Origin: Amphiscolops sp. MND2022
Taxonomy: Eukaryota
Direction of reading: 5' to 3'
DNA length: 64,000 nt
NCBI GenBank assembly: GCA_964187785.1
Contig: OZ076409.1
Location: 51,028,001 to 51,092,000 of the forward strand
Within the stretch, counting starts at the first letter, position 1. Every line of letters starts with the position of its first letter. The position numbers and the translations under genes are program-made. This document shows, in pieces, positions 50,001 to 62,000 of the stretch. The notes beneath the pieces were generated by a model that was given only the letters and a program-made list of their open reading frames with translations, searched no databases and was not told the origin of the DNA.

Positions 50001-53000
50001 AACAACTTGGACCGAATAGTCCTTAAAGACGAAATAGTCACACGACAATACTATGATGAAACCGGACAAGTCAAGTATCACCAGGTTCTCTTACCAAAAC
50101 ACCTTTTGAGAGAATTGTTACAAGCCTTACATGGAACGGCGCACAAACATCCTGGCATATCGAAAATGTTACAAGAAATACGACAGAAATACTACTACCC
50201 CGGTATAGCAAAACACGTTAAAAAATGGGTAGAAGGATGTGTAACTTGCGCAAAAGATAAACGGGTCCCAAACAACACGATAACGCCCGAATTGCTTAAC
50301 TTGCCAGAATGGGACCTTGGACCAGAGGACGCAATGCAAATCGATTTACTCCCAAACTTGCCAACAAGCGGAGGTTACCAAACAGTGATGACAGCAATAG
50401 ATGTCTTTTCAAGATATCTGTTTGCCTACCCGCTAGTTGAGGCAACAGCCTCTAACACGGCAAAGGTCTTAATAGACATCATGACAAAGCACTCATATTT
50501 GCCAACTACGATCATCACCGACAAAGGAACCGCTTTTACATCAAAAATTATTGCAGAGATAACGCAAGTATTGGGAATAACCCTAAAATGTGCGACGACT
50601 AAACATCCACAAACAATTGGCAAACTCGAGAGAACTCACGCCTCATTGAAAACAAATTTGAAAATGGCCTCAGGGGAATATCGCCGTCAATGGCACAAAT
50701 ATTTGCCACTAACAGTGCTCAATTATAACACAACTTATCATTCCAGCATTGGTTGTGAACCGAGCAAGGTCTTTCACGGAAGAATTCCCTATAATGTTTT
50801 TGATCATAAACTTGGAAATAATCCTAATAAGGATTTCCTCCCGACTACTGAATTTGCTGAAGAATTACAACAGAGAACGAAAGTTCTCATTGACAAAACG
50901 AAGCATAACATTATGCAGTCCTACTTGAAATATAAGGAGTACTATGACCGAAAGGCCAAAGCAGCTCCTCTCAGTGAACAAGATTTTTGCTTTATCCTAC
51001 AACCTAAAGCGGACAATCAAGGATCAAAAATACCATTCAGAGAATATTGCTGGATCGGTCCTTATCGAATTGAAAAGGTATTACCTAACGACAATTACAT
51101 TGTCCGCCGGTTAAATACGAATAAAACACAGATATTACACCGAATCCGCCTGAAAAAATTTGTTCCTAACACGTCTTTAGAGGACAAATATGCCAAAGAG
51201 AAATTGCAACCAGATGATGAAATAATCATACCGCAAGATGATTTATACACCATCGCATGGGAAGCAGATTTTGACTACCATGTCTTCGAGCCGAGACGAG
51301 ACGATAATACGGACGAAGAATCGCAAACACCAGACAGCGATGCTGGTGTCACGGCTAGTGATTACGTCAATTATGACAACGCTGATGACAACGCGGTAAG
51401 ACCGGGGACGGCCAACAGCCGAGACGGCACAATTACACGAGACGCAAATGACGTCACTGAATTGAATGAACGAACCAGAATGAATGAAAATGAAGCGGGA
51501 CCGAGTACGGCCGCTAGCCGAGACGCACCTATAGTGCATGACGAACATGACGTTAACGAGAATGCTGCACGAGAAGAACAAAGCAGCGAAACAGGAAGGC
51601 CGAGAACGGCCACTAGCCGAAATAGCCAAAATGGTGGCAATACACCACCTAGTTCAGAAAAGAACGTGAATGACGTCACAAATCAATTAGACGGCGAGAA
51701 AAACTCTTTTAACGAGGGGGATGATATTACCGTGCCCGGAATATCGAATGAAAAAACAAATGAAAAAACTGATGAAAACTCTAGCCCTAGAGGGGGGAAA
51801 TACAACCTTCGACCTAACCCCAACCCCAACTATACTGATGAATACAGATACTAGTCAGAAATGTTAAATTGTGTCCCCATTTCTTTTATTGCCCGAGATG
51901 GCATGTCTTTTCACTGGGACCTTCCTGACTTACTTCAAAACAGACTAACTGCATAAATATACAAACAGAAAACTACTACGAAACAAATATACAAATTGAA
52001 ACTCTAAAATAACAAATGTACCCTATGTACATTTAGTCTTTAGATGACCCTTGACGCAGCTCCTTCACCGTCTTTGAAATCTCGCTCTGAGGAATATCGC
52101 CGAAAAATGCTAATTTTTGCGCTTTCCCAGCAGCCCAATTGAGTTTTTTCCCAGCAGAAGTTGATACAGAGGAAGCTCGTGACGAAGTGGAAACACCCAC
52201 TAGAAAGACTCCCTTGAGACTTATGAAAGAATCAGTCAATGTTTTCAGAAGGGAAGCCCGGCCAAAGACGTCCACGTGAGACCACGGGTCCCCAGATAAC
52301 TGCCCCGAAGTGAATTGCAAGTCCAATTCTTTGTACTTGACTAAAGCAGACTCAGAGGTATAAACTGCAATGGCACCAGGACAGGTGGCCAAGTAAGACT
52401 GTGCGGGCAGTATAACACTTGACAAACGACAATGATCGCTTGAAGTATCCACATCCTGGAATTTAATTGCTGGAAGATCCTGATGGCTCTCGGTTATACA
52501 GAGACAGCATAAACGGTATAAATGAAACAAATTAATACGACTCCGGAGGGCTGGCATAGGAGTGAGAAGTGCGAGAACATCAGGAATGGTAGCGGGAGCG
52601 TCCTTAATACCAGAATAGGTTTTCCGGAAATGATTGACAAATTCAAAGTACTCGTCTCTATAATCTTGCATAGCACTCTCAGCAACCCATCCTCGGAGTC
52701 GGAAACTGTTGAAAAGTGCATTGAAACAGAAGGTAACTTGGTCCAGAGGTAAAGAAAGTAACAAGTGTGGATCGAAGCAACCCATTCCATGAATGATATC
52801 GGCAGTAAAATGGATATCACGCAGCATGGTTTCCAACAAGGTCACGACGTAAGTGCGGGCCTTCACCAAGAACCCTTCTTTCTCGGCTGCAACTAGCTCT
52901 TCCAGGTTTGGGGGGCCAGTTTTCTTATCAGAATATGACCGGCGGACCTTGGATCGGCAAACTGCGTCAAGATCAGTGTCAAACTTGAGCCGGCTACCAA

Positions 53001-56000
53001 AATCGCGAGTGGACAACAGCCTGAGGTCGTCAGGACAGAGGTGTAGCAGCCCGGTCCAGTTAGTATCCTCGGGGGTACATTTTGGCAAGACGGCGCGAGA
53101 ACACAATTTTCTTACGAAACGACAGTACTGCCCAAAGATGAAAAGGGTAGAATCCCGTTGGTTGGACAGACTGCGGTCGAAGCATTTTAGATCTAAACAT
53201 CACAACCAATCAGTGAGATTTAGGATGAGGATTGCGATACCTTGTGACAACGTAGGCTGCCCTAGTTGCAAACCTGAAGAACGTCTTTGGGAAATACGGT
53301 CGGTCAAAAACAAGCGAAAGTAAAAGAAGACGACTCACAATCTCGGACGAGAATCGACAAGAATTCAAGTTTGGCGGTAAACAGATCGTCCATTATGATG
53401 GCCCACTCCAGGCTCTGAGGCTAAAAGAAATGATAGATTCATGTAGGGGACCAATAACGAAGCCAGATTACCCGAAAAGGATAGTAGTCTATCACGACTT
53501 ATTAAGTGGAACACTAGGAGAAAATCAGAGCATATTACCTTGTTCTTAACTCCCTGCATCAGCTGTGTAGGAGCCATCTTAGTCATATACTCATTGATGG
53601 ACGGCCAGTACTTGACAAGTTCTGAGCACAAAGTGGGGATTCTCTTGAAATCCAGGTTGCATTTAGTAACTGCCTACAACAAAAAGACTCGATTAACATA
53701 GGACTGTAGGCCGTCATGACGCGGGATCCAGGGGATTTATGAAATAGAAGTAATGAACCCAGGGATAGAAACCAACAAAAACAAACCTTGATGAGTTCTG
53801 GACACTGAAGGGCCCATGGCTGATCAGTACAACCGTTCAGGAAGGCAACCAGGAAGGTGAGTTGGGCGAAGATGTCTACTGGTCCAAAGACGTAGCAAGA
53901 CTCTAGGACACTAGGGTGCATGAGCTTGCGTAAGGAAAAGACGTCGAATCTGAATGGGTACTGGATCCCGTAGTCAATTAAACCAGATGACTCTAAAGCT
54001 TGAAATACCATCGACGTGCAACCAGAGATGCTGACCAAATTGGGTTTGGAAGGTATGAAGGAGAGAAGGAATGAAATCGCACCCAAATAGCTACCAGGGG
54101 TGGACTCAAGCAAGTCGTGGCGGTGAAGCTCGACTCGGACGAGAGAGTCTCCTTTCCAAAATCTAACGGACATGCAGCGAGATCTACCTTGGGTCGTGAA
54201 CTCGATCGAATACATGTTAGTCGAAGTGACGTGCTGGGCAATGTCCTCGAGTCCGCGTGTGAAGACGTGATGAAAGATTTTCTGAAATGAACCAAAACAC
54301 TTGCATACACTTGAAACATGGAACTACTATTGCCAAGTGAGACACAAAAGAAGGAAGGCTATGTTGGAGAATAACTTACGGTAAGACTAGCTGAGCTCCA
54401 ATCGAACGATGAGAAGAGGGCTTGATGATTCGTGAATGAGCCAACTCTGGTCCACAAACTCTGAAGTAAGGTCAAGTTTCCATCGTATGGCACGAATGAC
54501 CCAATGAGAGAGATCAAGGTTGTGAGCCTCAAATCGTCCGGATTAGTGATCCCACCCAAGCTGGCCAGATACTCTTCGTAAAAGGGAAAGTGGTCCCCAG
54601 CATCAACTAATGGAGCGTCAATGAAATGTGGCTTCTCTCTTTCTAACTCCAATGGTGTAAGGACGTAGCCGTCTTTTCCTCTAACCTGGTGAGTGACTAA
54701 TCCTGTGGTTGAATCAGTTTCTTGCAGGTGTATGAACCTCCACTTCTGGTCTCTCCGTAGATGACCCTCAGTTTTGTAATGCCTCAGGATTTCACGAGCC
54801 CCCTTGGAGTAAATGGACACATTAGTCTTGCAGAGCATGCAATAAAACTTATATTTATTATGGACGGGATCAAGCGGTCCAGTAACAAAGGTTCTTGTCC
54901 ATTGGATACCTTTGAAGTAGGCATCCTTCATTACTTTCCCTGGCTTACTCATGAGCTTCAGACGTTTACGTGGCGGACTCATTTTGTTGTCGGCAGATTT
55001 CCCTCCGCGTCTGAGGACGGACAATGGCTGATAATCAGTGGGACTGTATCCACTTCCTGATGCGGGAGTACGGCTCCCAGACTGGTCCAAAGCCCCAGAG
55101 TATCCTTCGGCTGTTCCCACTGCGAAAAGGGGATCAACTTCATTGGCGGTTTCAGTTCCCGATATTGAACCAAGGTTATAAGGATCTTCGTCCGAGTTGA
55201 TGGCGCCGCTGGTATAGCCGTCGGTAGTATCCCCACTCGGGTTGGTCTCATCCCCTGAACTTTCGGAGAAACCTCTGGCAGGTGTGGCACATCGCCGAGG
55301 AAGGCCTTTGCGCTTGTCCCTTGAGACCCCTTGTGTAGCATGGAGGAGAAGAGACTTCATCATATGGTAGGAGGACAAAACTGATTCATCGGCTATCGTC
55401 CTTAGAATAGCATGCATTTCATCGGCATTAAGAGCTATAGAGTTGGATGACCAACCGGTAGTTTGATGGGCCGAACTTCTTGGAAATACTTCTTTATAGT
55501 AGCTTTCCCTTTCCCAGATAATTGTCTATCCTCGGTCAGAAGTTTTGCCCGGTATTGTGCCTGCTCAGCGTCACTTTGACCAGACTCACTGTGGAAGTCA
55601 CCTTCGAAATCTGGGAATGCCTTGGGGTCAATGGTCAACTTAGCCGGGATGGCGGGGAAGGCTTCAACTCCGGAACTGTCAAACAGATCTTCGGCATCAC
55701 TAGTGTCAACATACAAGGGTTTTGCCTTGTTTCCACTAACTGGTCCAGCTCGGACGGATGTCCCAGGTCGGTCTTCTAAGGGATCCTGGAGAACAGCAAT
55801 AGGCTCGGAAATGGATACTTTGTGGAAAGTTAAATCCGTTGTTCGCGCAACAGCAACTGATTCTGATGTAGGCTGGAAAGTCGCAATCGTCTCAGTCTCG
55901 AGAAGCGCCAAGGAAGTTGCAGTTTTTTCAATGAAGGCAGAAACGCTTTCGTCCGTGGATCTGCTACTGTGAGAATCATCAGGTGAAAGCCGGTTACGGT

Positions 56001-59000
56001 CAGTTGACACAACTGTTTTTTCAGTACTTTCGTGCTCCCTCTCTGGATTACTACGAACTGGGGCTTGAGGTAAAGTGATTTCTGGCAAATCCTTCTGACT
56101 TGACATGTCTAAACAGAAAGGAATGAAATTTTGCGGTAACCTTCCTGGCAATGAATCTTAGAATAACCGCAGTTAAAATCTTCCGGAAGTGAAATATGAA
56201 CACGAAGTGTTGAAAATCTATAAAGGAAACAGGAAGTCAATGAACGAGAGGAAGAGCCCTGATCAAGCTCATTTCCGTTCAAAAGAAAAGACCAGATAGC
56301 TTACCTACGGAAACCTGGTGATAGTAGTCAAAGGGTTGAAGGGAATCGTGACCAACTACAATCGGTCAGTCACACTGCTGGTGCAAATCGTGGGGACGTG
56401 AAAGACTTTTCCCGGAATGGTCCTACTGAACAGGAGAAGTTGGATTCCAGGCAGAGCGGAAGATTGGGACCAATACGGCGTCAGGCCAACAGCCCGTGAA
56501 GATGGATAATGGAAATGAAGATTCACTAGTGGGTTATGAGAAGACGAAAGGAAAAGTAAACAAAGTGCTATACTAGACAAACAATGGATAAATACGAATG
56601 TAAGTAATGTAACGAATTGACAATTGAAGAATTGAAAATGATTGCGATTGCAGTAGCAAAGTTGGAGTTCGTGGCAAACTGGATTTGATGTCAAATATTT
56701 TTACAATTATGAGAATTATTTTGTGGACGGAATCTGCCAGAGAAATCCACATTAGTTATATTTCGAAACATGCATTTTCATTATTTTATTACTTTAGTTA
56801 TTTCATTATTTTTAGTTATTTTATTATTTCCTTATTTGGATTATTATTTTTAATTCCGCCATTTTGGAAAGCGGACGGAGTAGGCGATTCCCATTGGCTG
56901 TCGCGGCGATGCGCCGCGCGTGGCCTTAAAGCTTCATCACCCTCTCTTGAAATTCTCAAGTGGATATCAATTGGAGATAAACACTAGACGAAGTCCATGA
57001 AGGTTCTTTGCCGACTTAGGCAAGCTGAAGTTGATCGTCGGTCAACAAAGCGGAAGGCGGTCTATATCAAAGAACATCTTGGAAAGTTTAGTCAACGAAA
57101 CATGATGCGGGAAACCAAAGACCGGGAAAATGTGAAGCAAAACCATCGAGAAATTGAGAAATGAAAAACGCTATTTGCTTCTTAACTTTCAAACTAAACA
57201 GTCGCTCTACTCAAACCAAATTAAAATTGTCCTATTGCATTCAAAATTGCAAAAAAGATAATAAAAGATAGATTTATGGCTCAACGATTTCCTGAAGACT
57301 TCATTGGCTCAGCGCCCGAAGGCGTAGATATTATCTGCCTGTCCAGCGACGAAGAGGAGGGAATGTGTGACCTAAGCATGACTTCGGTGCTAGACCTTCA
57401 ACTGTCATCGGAAGACGAAGGAGAAATAGATGACGAAATCATGATGATGGCCCAGTGTGTCGAGATGGAATTATCATCACCCATCCCAGTGCCTGGTCCA
57501 TCCACAGCGCTGAAAATTAGAAACGAGGCCCCCCGATATAACCCACCAAGGTGCGGGACCTCCGGGGCGAGTTTTGCAACAAGACCTACTCTTGACCAAT
57601 CCTTCTTCTCGTTAGGAAAAGGGAACGGTCCGATACGGCGAGACGACCGAGTACGCAATAATCACCCTATCAAGCTGTGTAGGGAAATCATTCCCATGGT
57701 GGACACTCCCATGTCGCCCCCACCAGAAGAGAAAGGACCAACTTACGACGCCTATTCAACGGACGGTCAGGGCGAGGTTACCCAGCAGTCATTGGACGCA
57801 GTTGCAAACCATTTCCAAGGAATGGAGATTGAGACGAGCAATCCTTTGGCAAATTACTCAGATTGCGTGATATGTGGGAAATCTACATTACAAATCCAGA
57901 GTGAAGCTGTTACAGACTACTTGCGCAAGACGGCCACTTTGGGAGAATCGGCAGATCAACTAGAAGCGCGCAAAAGAGCCTTTTTGGAAGGAATGCAAGT
58001 GGGCACTTTCTTATTGCTACCAGGGGGAGTGTCGCAGGCTGCCGCCTGCGATGGCAACATTTACACGATTGACCATACGAAGCCAATCGCCCTACCTGGG
58101 ACGCTCCCATTGTAAACCAAAACTTTCAAACATTTAGTATTATTTTGAACATGTAATATTAATTGATGAATTGTATTGCTATTTCTTATGTAAAATACAT
58201 TTGACAGCAAGCCATACTGACAGGCAGAAAGGAAACGTGTTCAAATGTTTGCCTGCTCAGTATGGCTAGCTAAGCCGCCTACGGTCAATTGGCCAATCAG
58301 AGTGCAGTTTGTAATAGCCATCTTATTACTTATTACGTAACTGTGCTAATAACTATTTAGAATGGACCAAAGCGGCCAACTAACTTTGCCGGCCTTATTG
58401 TGCTTTGATGCTATATTTGATTGGTATTCAGTAATTACAAATAGGACGAAAGCGGCTATGTAACATAGCCGTCCCTATTCACTGTATTAATTGTCTTGGT
58501 GCTATGCAGTAAATAAGGCCTATCATGGCCGGTTGGCACGATGAATACTCAAATGCTGTATACCTGCCATATGAAATTGGTATTCCAGTTAATTAGTGGT
58601 TTGAAGATGCAAATAACCCACCCCATGCAATAAACAGACATATACACTGTTAACATGTAATTGTTGCTTTCTCATATTATGATGGAACTGAACTAGAAAA
58701 CCCCAACGGCCATACGCCGAATAGGGCCTTCATGAATTGTTGTGCATGTAAACTGTTGCTTGCATGAATTATACTTGTAAACAATTTGATCCATATGTGG
58801 ATGAGACTTGTCGGGACCTTTGATCTAGCCGCCCGCACAAGTCTAGAATGATGTCATGTTGCTATAATTAGTTTCAGTGTATCTATTTTTAGTTTGCGTT
58901 GCTATTTTTAGTATCATGACCGTTACAATTTTGCCTGTCATGCCCTCTGGGGTATATATACCCAAGTCGGCCTGATAAAGGTTAATCATAATTTTGCAGC

Positions 59001-62000
59001 TACCTGATACACTACGCTCATTTTGATTAATCTGAAAATAGAAATACTTGTCCACAGGAACAATTCAAATATTTTCTCCTGGAATAATATTTTCAATGCC
59101 TTCCACGAGGAGACAAAAGGCCAAGTCTAGAAAATCCAGAGAATTAGATATGTTGTCCGACTACGGCAACATGGACGTGATGCTAGGTGGAAGAAGTTCC
59201 AACTCTATAGAAAGAGAACTCGATAGCTTGATTAACGTCCCTGAGGGACAACGAGACTTTCAGTCTTTTCCAAATAGAGAAAACTCATCTCAAGAAAATG
59301 AGATCAGAGACATTGATAGTAGAAATGAACCAGTTAGAGAAAGTAGACTAATTGAGTCTATCAATACGCTATCTAGTGAAGTGAACGCTAGGATGTCACG
59401 CGAGATGGAGGCTATGATGGACCTAATGCAATCACAAATTACCAGAGCCATTAGGTCTGCTATAAGCGAGAGAATTATTCCGGAAATACAAAATATGGTT
59501 GAAAACTTGCCTTTGGGTCAAAATGGCGTTGGACCAGATACGTCCTTAAATGAGGATAGAGTCAGAAGCGCATGGGAGAACACAAATACAAGATTGACAA
59601 AGAAGGACTCAAGGTCCGCTTGTGACCTGAGAGAACATTCGGACGTTAGTCCTTACATTACGTAATATGAAGAAGTACATTCACAGAATTCAACTGACAT
59701 AAATTTAGTTCCATGCGATATGTATTTGTCAAGATTTTTGGACTTAAAACGATTTTGTTGCTCAAATGATTTGGGGCGGAAAATATCCCGCTGGTCCGCG
59801 GGCGTCTTGTTAAATAAAGTCCTGAGCATATTTGTGTTTTTTGAGCCTAAAGTGGGGCACCGACTTGAGAGGTTCCCGTCCTGTTTTAATTTAGTTTAGG
59901 ATGTAGAGTTAAGGATCGTAAAGAAAGTTGCTTAGCACCGTTGGATGCTGGTTAGATCTGAGGCTAAAACAGTCCAAACGTTAGACGAAATTTTCTACAA
60001 AAAGTCTTTCAGTATCAAAATAAATCGAAAGGGATACTTTAAATTCGTCTACTTTTGCAAAATTTTTCTAGCGCTGGATTCGAAACCATGTTCTTCTGTT
60101 TCGCTGGGCCTGCCACTACGCCCAGACTAACGCACTAACCACTGGGCCAAGTCAAAAATACTTTCAATCTAAATTCCCAGTATGCCTCTAGTACTTTCAG
60201 GCAGAAATTGTTGCGACAAAAATTTGAAACAGAACCCACCGAAATTAAGATTTTTTTCTTATGATTATGAAAAGCTACAAAAGGTATCGAACCTGTCTTC
60301 GACCCAGACACGAGTTTTTCTCATTCGATAGTTGATTTGAGAGATGTACCTGAAATCAGAAACAAATATCGGTTCTCAAATTAACCAAAGAAACAACCCA
60401 ACGAACGAGCTTCTCGACATTCTTAAAATGAAATTTTTCGTTTTTTTTCTGAGAGGTGCCTGAAATGAGTCAAAAAAATTGTCGAAATAATTCAAATTGA
60501 ACTTTTTGTGTATATTTAGAGACGTTCCATTGGGATAGTTGAATCAACTGCGCTTGAATCCTCGAAATATGCTGTTCCTAAAATAATTGAAGACGGAAAA
60601 AGACCTGGTACTCGGGTATCTGTTCAAAAAAAATCAATCTTTAAAGTTAGTTACTAGTTCCATATAGTAACTAGGTTTACTAGTTCCATATACAACTTTA
60701 TCCCCAATCAGCTTGAGACTTCAACTCTTAGAACCTGATTTTGATTCCTTCTCGTTTTGGATTATTACTTATAAGTAATAATCCAAAACGAGAAGGAATC
60801 AAAATCAGGTTTTGATTTTAAAAATATAATTGAGCCCAAGAAACCATTGTGCATGTTTACTTGTTGGCTTCATTTTCCTGTTCCTCGGCGTTCTTATCCT
60901 CCATTGAGGTCACGTAGCACCTGAAATTCTGCATCAGCTCTCTTGTCTGATTCTCAAGCTCCCTCTCAATTTCTGCGCCCTTCTCTTGATCGTACCAGTT
61001 CAGAGGCATGTTCTACAGAATAGAAAACTATCGGAAATTACCCATTCGACTTTTTCACAGCTTAAGAACTGTTCCAGATAAAGTTATTGGGGTGACCTTG
61101 TAAGGTCGCCACGTATAAGTTAGTCCGTAAAACTTAGCCACGTTAAGTTAGCAACCATATAAGTTGGCCACGTTCATTTTCTACACACTTCAGACAATCT
61201 GGAATGAATACGAACTGAAGTGGCGAACTTGTATGTGGCGAACTTAAACAGACACGGGTTATTGGTTTTGACACTCCAGAGCAATCCACCGCTGGCTACC
61301 CATGGACTATCGATAGTAGCAGTTGGACACACATTTGGTTCATTTGAGAGTTTTTCGACGAGCTAAAATCGAACCTAAAACTTTGGTTTCATTTAGAAAC
61401 CATGCTTTATAGGTGAAATTCGTCACGGTCAATACATTGTTGTGGACAGGGTTTTGACATCGCTAATTTCTTCCGCTAATCGCTAAACCACTAATTTGAA
61501 AATCGCTATTTCGCTGAAAAGCTTTTTCTGCAAACTATTAAATGTTTAGCTTCAACTATGTTTCGAATTAACTTATTCGGTTTTTGAAGAAAAAAGACTA
61601 GAATTTTTTATACTGTGCGTGTTTTACAAGGGTAAGAGTTGGAATTTTTCCGAAATTCATTTTGAAACACCGTCTATACACAGAAGAAATTTTGAATTTG
61701 GAGGGTCTGTTAGTTACCGCTAATTTGAATCGCTAATGAAATCGCTGAAAAATTCTTGCGCGGCCGCTAATTCGCTAAATCGCTGATTAGCGGTGTCAAA
61801 ACTCTGGTTGTGGATTTCAACTAAAATTAGTGATTTAAAAAAAAACATTTTTAAAACTAACTCGAGCAATACCGTGAAATATTTTTTTAAAATTTTGACT
61901 GTAGTTGAGACAGTATAAACGAATGAAAGAGGTATGCGGAAAACTCGTCGAAATTACAGGGCGGAAAACTCGTCGAATAATACTTTAGTGCAAACTCGAA

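Larger units (their letters stand above)
43844..59657 (+). mobile_element. Full-length Ty3/Gypsy LTR retrotransposon, 15.8 kb
   Basis: TG...CA LTRs of 1628 bp; 5-bp TSD TTACG (43839-43843, 59658-59662); PBS-like TGGTGACAGG at 45472; purine tract AGGGGGAG before the 3' LTR; PR-RT-RH-IN order. Confidence 0.97.

Noticed and set aside
52033..56151. Independent nested hAT transposon
   Set aside because: No TIRs or 8-bp TSD found and the catalytic acidic residues are not evident; treated as an accessory gene of the retroelement.
57276..58115. env gene
   Set aside because: No signal peptide, furin site or transmembrane segment.
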